Positions 38,151 to 48,040 of a stretch of DNA of 64,000 bases are shown piece after piece; position 1 is the first letter of the stretch, and each line of letters opens with the position of its first letter. The stretch is from Hypanus sabinus (taxonomy: Eukaryota): positions 43,152,001 to 43,216,000 of the forward strand of contig NC_082721.1 in assembly GCF_030144855.1 (NCBI RefSeq), read 5' to 3'. The notes below the pieces were generated by a model. The model did no database searches, was not told the origin of the DNA, and worked only from the letters and a program-made list of their open reading frames with translations. The position numbers and the translations under genes were made by a program.

Positions 38151-39529
38151 TACTGGTACATAAATAAATAAACAGATAGATAGATAAGTAATTAAATAAG
38201 CAAATAAATAAATAGATTGATAGGCAGATAATGGGTAAGAATGCTATGGGCCCGCCTCTGTATCATAAAAGTGACAGTGCATTTCTCAGGGGATGGAGTT
38301 CCAGGAAACAAACTCACCTAACCAGATTACCTTACTTTTAGCAACAAGGGTGATGTCAATACTGGCCATTCCAGTGGAGAATTCACATTCAATTATCATC
38401 AACCTCCGATCAAACTCTTAATGTTCCCATTCTACCTCATCTGTACTGACGACATTACAATTCTCACAAGTATCAGTGGAAATATGGGTTCATTGAAGTT
38501 AATAATTGCATCTTAGACAGAAAACCTGCCAACTCAATCTTGCTTTAGATTCTAGCGAGGCAGTACAGGAAAGATTGCACAAGTGAGGAACATGCTTGAT
38601 TTGAAATTGACAAACTTATGAATTGTGAGCATATTTCAATAAATACATATTTAATGAAAGAAGGTCTTAAGTATCCTGTGTATCATGACGGCAGATATGG
38701 ATCATTATGCAGTTATCTCATTCTCAGTTGTGTTTGTTACCCATCAAGCTAATTTTTACTTCCTCAATGGCCAGAACAGGTCAAATTCAATCTTCTGAAA
38801 TAATTCACCCATTGTACAGTACTTCTTGGATGTTGATGAAACTTTGGATCAAAATCTCTCAAAGAAAGAATCCTATCTTTCAGGTTGGGATAAGGAAGGG
38901 TGGCTACCCTTCACATGGTGACCTTCATTTGGTCCAACATTTGACCTATGGATATGGCCATGCTGTGATCTTCAGACACAGAGACCCAGTAATCAAAACC
39001 TGGTCGCATCTCTGTCATTTCTCAACATGCCCAGGTTTAACGAGTAGGGGCAGACAGAGAGTAGCGTCAGGTAACAATTCTATATCAGTTGTCACTGAGA
39101 AGAATAATTGTATATCCACAATTAACACATGTGTTTATGTGGTTCAATTTTCCTCTTTCTCTGAGGGCATCAGGAGCATCTAACCCAGTAACAACTCTTC
39201 CGTTGGGAATCTGGGCAGTGGGAGTGGGCAGACAAGGGGAATTGAATCCATCTGGCCCAGTGCTGCCCTCTTCAAACAGCCAGAAATCAGGGTCACTGAT
39301 AGTGAGCAGGAGAGTGGACATACTGAGCAGGGACATTGGTTGCAGTAACTGCATTCTCCTTGGAAGATCAATTGATTCATTTTGGAACAGGAATCAAAAT
39401 ATGTACCTTCTTGGACTGTACTTATCCATAAATTATTATTGCATAGACACATTCCATTATATTAAAACTAACCATGCACTGATGGCTGTGGTCAATGACA
39501 TACATCTCCCTTGAACCCATTGCCCCAAT

Positions 39530-39900
39530 TATTGAATTGAGTTCTGGGCATCCCGTTATAGGAAGGATATGGAGGCTTTGGAGAGGATGCAGAAGAGGTT
39601 CACCAGGATGCTGTGTGAAGTAGAGGACAGATGCTATAAAGAGGGGTTGGATAAATCTGGTAGTTTTTCTCCATAGTCAAATTTGCTGATATGAGAAGGC
39701 ATGCATTTATGGTGAGAAAGGTAAGTTCAAAGGAGATGTGCAGAGCATATGTTTGCACCAAGAGTGGTGAATACCTGGAATGCACTGCTAGAGTTGTAGT
39801 GGAGGCAAATATGAAAAGAGGCATTTAAGAGTGTTTTAGGTAGGCACAATAATGTGCAGAAAAGGAAGGCATATGAACCTTATGTAGGCAGAAAGGAATT
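39530..39900 (+). mobile_element. CR1 3' fragment
   Basis: 'QFWASRYRKDMEALERMQKRFTRML' in frame from ~39537, plus a WNALL motif. Confidence 0.7.
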
Positions 39901-41275
39901 CGGCATTTATTAATCTCGAGGCTCAGTATTGCTCACTCATGTGCAATCTTCCAGTCAGTGATGTGTCATGACTGCAAGTAGGTGAACTTCCACGTGAATA
40001 TTGATTGAGATGAAGTCAATCGCTCAGCCTTTTGAACCTGCTCTGATATTCAATAATGTTACATCTGATCTTATTCGAACCTTAATGACTCTATACTCCC
40101 GGTAACCTTTCATCCTCTTCCCGATTTGAAAGTATGAATTGATTTTGCTTTGAAAGCCCCTTGAGAAAAAAAAATGAAGGTTTATGAACCTCTGTGAGAA
40201 AAATAAACTTATCTTGACATCTGTCCTAAATGGACAACCCTTGATTTTTAAACCTTGTTTTAGATTACCTGCAAGAGGAAACATCTTGTCCACAGCCATC
40301 CTGCCAAGACCCCTCGTCAGCTGATGAACCAATCAATTTCCCTCTCAGACTTCATTACCTCAGTGGATAAAGCCTCACCTTCCTTCACAAAATGAGTGAA
40401 TCCAGTAAAAGGGGAAGAAAGGACAGAAAGTGCAGGACTCCTCCTTCCAGCTTGGAAAACTATTGGAGATGAATCTTAACCATTGGATTTAGTTGTATTT
40501 GGAAAAGAATGGGCTTATTAGTAACAATCAGAATGGTTTAGTACAGGGCAGATTGTGACTTACAGTATAGTCTGGGGAGGTGACAAAGACGATTTATGAG
40601 GGGAGAGCAGTAAATGTTTTCTATGTAAATATTTGGAAGGCATCTGATAAGCTCCTTCAGGGTAGCCTGATGCAAAAGATTAATTTACATTAAATCCATG
40701 ATTACTTGTTGGCTGGATTTAAAATTAGTTTGCCATTAAAGACTGAGTGTAATAGTGGTGGGCAATATCCCATTTGAGGGCTATGGCCATTGGTGTTCCT
40801 CAGGTATCAGTGCTGGGACCTCCGTTTTTTTTTACAATGTACAGCAAATGACTTGAATGAAAATACAGAGTGGATGATTAGTAGGGTTGCAGCTGGCAAA
40901 AGGAATTTGAAGAGTGTTTGCAGTAGACAGGATGTAATCTCACCAGTGCTCTTTTCAATAGAAACACAGAATGCTGGATTCAGATAAGCTACCTGGACCT
41001 GAAAGATAAGCAACTTGAACAAGATGGACTGCACCACAGGGTTCTGAAAAAGGTAGCTTAAAGATTGTGGAGGCATTAGTAGTCATTTTTCAAGAATCAT
41101 TAGTTTCTGGGATGGTTTTGGAGGACTGGAAAATTGCAAATGTCACTCCACTCTTTCAGAGGGGAGGGATGCAAAAGACAGGAAATTGTAAGCCAGTTAG
41201 TCTGCCTGTGGTAGTTGACAATATGTCAGAATCCATTTTTCAGGGTGAGGTTTTGGGGTACTTCGAGACACAACA

Positions 41276-42230
41276 TGATACAACCATTGTTGGTAGAATC
41301 TCAGATGGTGATGAGAGGGCATTCCAGGGTGAGATATGCCAACTAGTGGAATGGTGCCCTATCAAAAACCTGGCACTCAATATCAGGAAGATGAAAGATC
41401 TGATTAGGGACTTCAGGAAGGGTAAAGCGAAGGAGCACATACCAATCCTCATCGAGAGATCAGAAGTGGAAAGAGTGAGCAGCTTGAAGTTCTTTGGTGT
41501 CAAGATCTCTGAGGACCTAACTTGGTCCCAACATATTGATGTAGTCATAAAGAAGGCAAGACAGTGGCTATACTTTGTTAGGAGTTTGAAGAGATTTGGT
41601 ATGCCAACAAGTACACTCAAAAACTTCTATAGTTGTACTGTGGAGAGCATTCTGACAGGCTGTATCACTTTCTGGTATGGAGGGGCTACTGCAAATTACT
41701 GAAAGAAGCTGCAGAAGGTTGTAAATCTAGTCAGCTCCATCTTAGGTTCAAGTCTACAAAGCACCCAGGACATCTTTAGGAAACAGTGTCTAAGAAAGGC
41801 AGTGTCCATTATTAAGGACCTCCAGCACCCAGGGCATGTCCTTTTCTCTCTGTTACCATTATGTAGGAGATACAGAAGCCTGAAGTCACATGCTCAGCGA
41901 TTCAGGAACATCTTCTTCCCCTCTGCCATCTAATTCCTGAATGGACATTGAAGCTTTGGACACTACTTCAGATTTTTAAATATACAGTATTTCTGTTTTT
42001 GCACATTAAAAAANNNNNNNNNNNNNNNNNNNNNNNNNNNNNNNNNNNNNNNNNNNNNNNNNNNNNNNNNNNNNNNNNNNNNNNNNNNNNNNNNNNNNNN
42101 NNNNNNNNNNNNNNNNNNNNNNNNNNNNNNNNNNNNNNNNNNNNNNNNNGATTATCTATTGCATTGAACTGCTGCTGCTAAGTTAATAAATTTCACATCA
42201 CATGCCAGTGATAATAAACCTGATTCTGAT
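41276..42230 (+). mobile_element. Rex1/Babar-like LINE 3' part
   Basis: 'DTTIVGRISDGDE...LTWSQHID..IKKARQWLYF..LKRF..L..FY..TVESILT.CIT.WYG'. Confidence 0.8.
42014..42149. other. Assembly gap (136 N)
   Basis: Run of N inside the Rex1-like 3' UTR. Confidence 0.99.
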
Positions 42231-43705
42231 TAAATAGGCCAAGGTCAGCTTGGTTTCCTAAAAGAGGAATCTTGCCTGAAAGATCTGTTGGAATTCTTTG
42301 AGGAAATGACAGCAATATTGACAGTGCATCTTTTTTCACTTGGATTTTCAGAGGCTTTTGATGAGAGCACATGGATAGAAGATTGGCTGACTGACAGGAG
42401 GCAAAGTGTGGGAATAAAGAGGGCCTTTATCAGCTGACTGCAATGATTGGTGTTGTTCTGCAGGGGTCAGTGTTGGGACTACCTCTTTTCCATCTCTATT
42501 TTAATTATTTAGATGACGAAATTGATAGCTTTATGGGCAAGTTTGTAGATGATACAAAGATAGATGGAGGGGCAAGTTGTGTTGAGGAAGCAGGGAATAT
42601 ACTGCAGGACATTGACAAATTAGGAAAATGTGCAAAGAAGTGTGAGAAGGAAGAAAGGTTTAGATTATTTTCTTAACGGGAAAAAATTCAGATATCAGAG
42701 GTGCAAGGTGACTTTGGAGTCCTTGTGCAGAGGATTAACTTGCAGGGGAGTCAGTAATAAGGTAGGCAAATGCAACTTTAGCATTCGTTTTGAGAGGATA
42801 CAATATAAAAACGATAATGTAATGTTGAGGATTTACAAGGTATTAGTCAGATTGCACAAGGAGTACTGTGAGCTGTTTTGGTCCACTTATCTGGAAAAGG
42901 ATGGACAGGCATTGTAGAAGAGGTTGATGAGAGTGATCGTTGGAATGAAAAGGTTAATATATGACATGCGTTTGATGGCTCTGGACCTGTACTCACTGGA
43001 GTTCAGAAGAAGTGGAAGGGATCTAACTGAATCCTATTAATTATCGAAAACCCACTTGGAGTGGATGTGGAGTGGATGGTTCCAATATTTGGAGAATATA
43101 GAACTAGGGAGCAGAGCCTCAGAAGATGAGGATGGCCCTTTAGAACAGAGAAGAAAAGAAAGCTCTTTAGTCAGAGGGCGATGAATCTGTTGAATATTTT
43201 GTCACAGGCAGCTGTGGAGGCCATCTCAATGGTTATAATCAAAACAGAGTTTGACGTGTTCATGATTTGTAAGGGTGTCAAAGTGTACGGGGAGAAAGCA
43301 GGAGAATAGAGATCAGAAGGATAATGAATCAACCATGAATCAATGGAGTTGAAAAGGACTATAAATCAAACATGACAGAGCTGACTCGATGGGTCAAATG
43401 ACCTAATTCTGCTCCTATGTCTTATGGAGATCTTTCAGTGGAAGATTCCTTATGAAGCAGCAGAACATGCTTGGGTTGCATGTATTCCATGAGGAACTGC
43501 TGCAGTGATATCATGGGACTGGGAAGTATGAAGTACAACACCACAGCATCTTCCTGCAGGTGAGATATGATTCCAGTCAGTGTTGTGCTTTACTCATGAT
43601 ATCCCATTGATTTCAGTGTTATCAGTACTTGATGGCATGATTGAGGAGACCAGAACTGGCACCAATTCATTTGCTCCGTTGGGACCTTGCATTGACCCAG
43701 TGGGC

Positions 43706-45114
43706 TGAATGGCCTCATTATGTGTTTTGAAAAATTGCTCCATAAGACCACAACACATGGGAGCAGAAGCAGATCATTCAGCTAATCTACTCCGCCATTC
43801 CATCATGGCTGATTTATTATCCCTCTCATTCCCATTCTTCTGCCTTGTCCACGTAACGTTGATGCATTTACTTATCAAGAAACCGTCCATTTTAAGTATA
43901 CTTAATCACTGGCCAGCACAGCCGTCTGTTGCAATGAATTCAATTGCTTCACCAACCTCTCCTCATTCTCTGAAATTCCTCCTCATCTCTGCTCGTAGAT
44001 TTGTATTTTCAGACTCTTCCGCCTGGTCTTTGACTAATAGGAACTCAGAGAGCAACTTGGGAACAGGTCGGTGTGAGAGTTCTTTGAGCGATTGGAATGT
44101 GGATTTGTGAGAGTGCTCTCCTTCTCAGGATCACTGTGCAGCAGTCCCTGTGCTGTGCGAAGACGAACCTGGGATTCCGCCCCCCTACCCCCACTCTACC
44201 ATTCCATGCAAGTACAAACAACACTGATCAAAATCCCAGCTGTATCAGGATTGCTGGGTCTCTTTTTACCCTTCCCACTGTCACCCACCCCGCAACTCTC
44301 GCAACTGGTTCCCTTCCGGCCTTCCCGCCTTTCCGTCTCCTGGGCGTTTCATTCTCTCAACTCACCTTCGCTATCGGCTGTTTCTCTGACACTCCCTCTC
44401 CCTATCCATTCCATCTCTTTCTCTGACACACACACTCTTCCTCCCTCTGCCACCACTCTCATGCTCCTCAGTACGAACAGCAGCAGGGAAGCAGCCATTA
44501 TTTGAAATCCCGGACTGAATCGCCCAATGGTGACTACACCCCCCATCGAAGTAACGGCAAGGGGGTGAGGGTGAGGTCAGCGGTGGAGGGCTCTGGGCGA
44601 TTTGGTGGGGGGGTGGTGGTGAGGAAGGATCAAAGACTGAACAAGGTTCAGGAAATGAATGTAATGGCGCTGCAGATAGAGAGAGGATGAGAGTTCAGCC
44701 TAGGAAGCATTGGTTGAATGTGTGGTGTTGGGAGGAGAAAGGAGGGAGGGTAAGGGTACAGCTGAGAGAGTAGTGGAAAGCATCAAATCCCGAACTACTT
44801 TGTCTCTGAACTCCTGCACCATACACCATCGCTCAATAGATAATTGAGGAACTGAAATTAAATATCAATACTTGTGACCCGGTCTTTACTTCAACCGTCG
44901 CAGATAACCAGATTATCCAGTTTGTGTCAGTATTGGTAATTTCTGGCCTTAAATGCATCAACGTTACGTGGACAAGGCAGAAGTATGGGAATGAGAGGGA
45001 TAATAAATCAGCCGTGATGGAATGGCGGAGTAGATTAGCTGAATGATCTGCTTCTGCTCCCATGTGTTGTGGTCTTATGGAGCAATTTTTCAAAACACAT
45101 AATGAGGTCATTCA
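43706..45114. repeat. Inverted repeat: 165-bp arms (43706-43870 and 44950-45114) with a ~1.08-kb spacer
   Basis: The arms align with 3 mismatches. ORFs 43709(+) and 44833-45111(-) give the same peptide apart from three substitutions. Confidence 0.95.
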
Positions 45115-45471
45115 TTAGCCCAGAACGTAACTACAATTTATTCCTCTTTCCACCAATGGTGTCCCAGCAGCTCAATATCTCCAGCCACGTTTATGTTCAT
45201 TTTCTGTATTAATCTTCCCAGAATCAACAGATTTGTTCGCATTTTGCATCACAGCCTAACAGTCAACCCACCAAATTGACCCCGATTCTTTCCAGCATCT
45301 CCGCAATGGAACTTCCCATCCTTCGTTGCTGATATTCAGTGTCCAAGATTTCCTAAACTTCACGAATCAGAGAGAAACGAGACTCCTCTCTCTTCCCACT
45401 CGGTATCAGAATAGGAAAAGCACAAAAGAAGACGAAACGCACACACTGAAATCATTCCTGCACTGATCATC

Positions 45472-45477
45472 TTTATT
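45472..45477 (-). terminator. Poly(A) signal of the Ig light-chain gene
   Basis: AATAAA on the minus strand ~350 nt after the ancestral C stop, followed by a GT/T-rich element. A second AATAAA lies at 45536-45541. Confidence 0.7.
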
Positions 45478-45825
45478 GGTATTTAGTCACCGTTACCGTC
45501 TATTAGTCCTTTACCGATGATGTATCACAAAAACGTTTATTAAAAATTCTAATTAAACCAAACCCAATTTCAGAGAAAACCATTCACCGCCTGAAATTTC
45601 CAGAAGACAAGTAACTGTCCGCTTTAACACCGTGTGGCCTCTCAGTCAGAACAAGATCAAAATCAGCCTCGGGTACAAATATTCCAACATCAAAGTGGAA
45701 GCGTCAAAGAGAGCGGAAGAGAAGGGACGCACAGGGATGAGCGAGTAAGAGCGGTAGAGGTGAAAGATACAAAGCGGTGATCTCCCGTTAATCAGGGAAG
45801 AAACAAGGCCGAAGCCGCGCTCTGT

Positions 45826-46128
45826 TTAACAGCTGGATTGTGTGACTGTTGCGGATATTGTCGAGGCTGCAGTACCTCTTCCCACTGCTCCAGTCTGCGC
45901 CGGGCACCGTCAGGTAGCTGCTGAGACTGATGGATTTGTCCGCGTTCTGAGTCACCCCGCTGGTTTGCACCTCACTGCTCGTTGTACTGTCGTTCACCGT
46001 CCAGCTGACGACAGGGAAGCCTATCGACAATTTACTGACCAGGCAAACTGAGGTGCTCGATCCTTTAGAGGAGATCTCCTCGTCTGACGGCCCAAACAGT
46101 TTCACTGAAGGGTCCGGGAGCTGCTGAG
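45826..46128 (-). pseudogene. IgL constant (C1-set) exon with frameshift
   Basis: Acceptor TCTTCTTTTGTTCTGGTTGCAG|. Reads AQQLPDPSVKLFGPSDEEISSKGSSTSVCLVSKLS...VSW...LSSYLTVPGADWSSGKRY. The canonical end 'AASTISATVTQSSC*' is in another frame. Confidence 0.93.
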
Positions 46129-46339
46129 CTGCAACCAGAACAAAAGAAGACGTGTTTCAAAGCGCGAAATATCTCTCGTCATATTTTTTTACAAAGCCAG
46201 AAAAGTTTATGTACATCATATAAACACAAAGTACAGACTTTCAATATTTACAAGAGAGTAAGTATACTCATTAAAATATGGTTACTACCATCCATAAAAC
46301 AGTGGGGCCGTGGGGCCCATCGCTCCCGGGTCCTCCACA

Positions 46340-46589
46340 GTTTTTTTTTCGGCATCCGTTAGCCTGGTGAGATTTCCATGGATTTGCACCTTGGAAGGTT
46401 TCCAGGGCGCAGGCCTGGGCAGGGTTGTATGGGAGACCGGCAGTTGCCCAAGCTGCATTACTCTGCACTGGTGTCGTCGCAGAGTAATGTGTTTTTAAGT
46501 GCCTTGCTCAAGGACACAAACACGACGCCTTATCTGACCAGTGACCTTCAGGTTACTAGTCCGATGCCTTATCCACTAGGCCACGCGCC
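46340..46589 (-). mobile_element. tRNA-derived SINE with a CORE-like segment in the J-C intron
   Basis: Head GGCGCGTGGCCTAGTGGATAAGG (A-box) and 'GTGTCCTTGAGCAAGGCACTTAA'. No intact B-box. Confidence 0.7.
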
Positions 46590-47414
46590 AACACTCCACA
46601 GTTTTACAGAGCGCTTCATTGAGTGGGCCCGCGAGTCTCACTGAAAGACAGCGCATTGCCCATGGAGGACAATGCATATTGCTTACACTGGAATACTGGA
46701 AATCTACTCCAACGGGTAAGGCTTTCTGGCGCAGAGTCATTCCTGGAATTGAGAGACACATTGGCATCGAAGCGCCCCCAGAGAAGTTTAATGTGCCCAC
46801 TCTCTGTGCCATCAGTGACACGTTCCTCCTCTTCCCTCCGACCCACCCACCCATCACGAATGGCCCCGCTGCTATAGATAGAATAAACATCTCAAAATCT
46901 GCTCTGCGCCAATGGGCGAGGGCACCAAAAGTGGGAGAGGACCTTTTAATTGATGGGTGCTGGAGGAGAGTTCCACCCTCACTGGGAGGACATCAAGTCC
47001 AGTAAATGTCCGAAGGATGTTTCGCGTGAATGTGCTAAACAATAATTTGAAACTTATCGGTCTAATGTATTGTCATGTACTGTCTTCACCCGGCAACGTC
47101 CCGCCCCGCCTTCTCGTTCGTTCCTATCAAAACTACATAAAAACTGACGAACTAACACTAGAACAGAAATAACACCGATGATCAGAAAGTGTTAAATCAT
47201 AGTTTGTCCAAAAACGCAACCAAAAAGAGAGATGTTTCATTGAGAGACTGTAACAATTCACCCAACACAATCGCTGGACACGGACCACGATTAAATTATA
47301 AATCAATATTTTCACTTTAATATTCGCTAGGAAATTATAATGTATAAATTATTAATTGCCAGATGGCATTAGTTATGCTGGAGTTATTGCAGGAAATATT
47401 TCCCAGACACCTAC

Positions 47415-47770
47415 CTGTAATAAAGAGCTTTGTCCCAGCGCCGAACGCTAAGAACTGGTCGATGTAGCCCACTTTCCGCAGTAATAGACGGCAGCGTCAT
47501 TCATCTCCACCCTTTTTATGATTAACTGATACTCGGTTCCGGCACTGTTGGCTGTCAACGTGAAACGGTCGCTGCTAAACCCAGCGGTGCAGCTTGTTTT
47601 AGGCCAGGAAATACGGTAATTTGTTATCCATTGTGGAATTGTTCCCGGAGTCTGCTTGTACCAGTTAACAGGATTGCCATCGTTTGTCCCGATATTACAA
47701 TTCAGCGTAGCCGTGGCTCCTGGACTCACCGATACCGTCGGAGGGTGAGTCAGAGTCTAGGACTCTCCAG
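47415..47770 (-). pseudogene. Pre-joined V-J exon
   Basis: SGES*TLTHPPTVSVSPGATATLNC...VNWYKQTPG...GFSSDRFTLTANSAGTEYQLIIKRVEMNDAAVYYCGKW runs directly into J 'AFGAGTKLFIT' (Phe codon 47445-47443) and donor ACAG|GTAGGT. No heptamer or nonamer lies between them. Confidence 0.95.
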
Positions 47771-47872
47771 CTGTGAAAGACAGGATTTCAACTTGAACAT
47801 TGACTCTTCAATATGACCCCCAAGACCCACCTCAGCCACCGCTGGCGGTGCAGACTTGCTGCCTGTACTTAC

Positions 47873-47918
47873 AGCCCAGACACACTGCCAGAGACCAGGA
47901 AAAGCACAGCGTCCGCAT
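47873..47918 (-). CDS. Ig leader exon (46 nt) MRTLCFSWSLAVCLG
   Basis: ATG at 47918, donor GGCT|GTAAGT, 102-nt intron to TCTTTCACAG|. Frame is consistent with V. Confidence 0.88.
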
Positions 47919-48030
47919 CGTTGCTGCCCGTCAGATTCTTGCTTCACTTCTGCCGGTGGATTTATGACTGGCTGGCCGCCGCTGCCGGTGGAACCCAGTT
48001 ATAGAGCCATTCACACCAGAGAGAGAATCC

Positions 48031-48040
48031 ATGCAAATCA
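48031..48040 (-). promoter_or_regulatory. Ig light-chain octamer/decamer TGATTTGCAT
   Basis: ATTTGCAT in light-chain orientation, 113 nt upstream of the leader ATG. TATA-like TATAAC at ~47999-48004 on the minus strand. Confidence 0.88.

Larger units (their letters stand above)
41000..43430 (+). mobile_element. Decayed CR1 LINE interrupted by a Rex1-like insertion
   Basis: 'EALVVIFQESL...WKIANVTPLF' before the insertion, and 'LQGSVLGLPLF...KFVDDTKI' plus a 3' UTR after it. Confidence 0.8.
45826..47918 (-). pseudogene. Immunoglobulin light-chain cluster (L-VJ-C), germline-joined, probably sigma isotype, pseudogene
   Basis: Leader 47918-47873, VJ exon 47770-47415 and C exon 46128-45826, all with canonical phase-1 GT-AG sites. 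Lesions: TAG at 47759-47757, a V-J frameshift with TAG at 47450-47448, and a frameshifting deletion in C. Ig identity is certain. The sigma call rests on the long CDR2, 'GFSSDRFT' and 'YYCGKW' as recalled (about 0.65). Confidence 0.95.

Noticed and set aside
43709-44110. Duplicated ORF pair MASLCVLKNC... / MTSLCVLKNC... as a novel gene family
   Set aside because: By-product of the 165-bp inverted duplication, read antisense through a CR1 tail.
47392-47403. Palindrome GGAAATATTTCC just inside the J-C intron as an NF-kB site
   Set aside because: Spacing does not fit the 10-bp kB consensus and there is no other support.
47415-47770. Ig VJ as a somatic rearrangement from one B cell captured in the assembly
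   Set aside because: Disfavoured, not excluded: a single clone is unlikely to become the consensus, and the C-exon deletion is not a V(D)J product.
45826-47918. Ig VJ fusion as a processed (retrotransposed) pseudogene
   Set aside because: Both introns and the upstream octamer are present, with no poly(A) tract or TSD around the gene.
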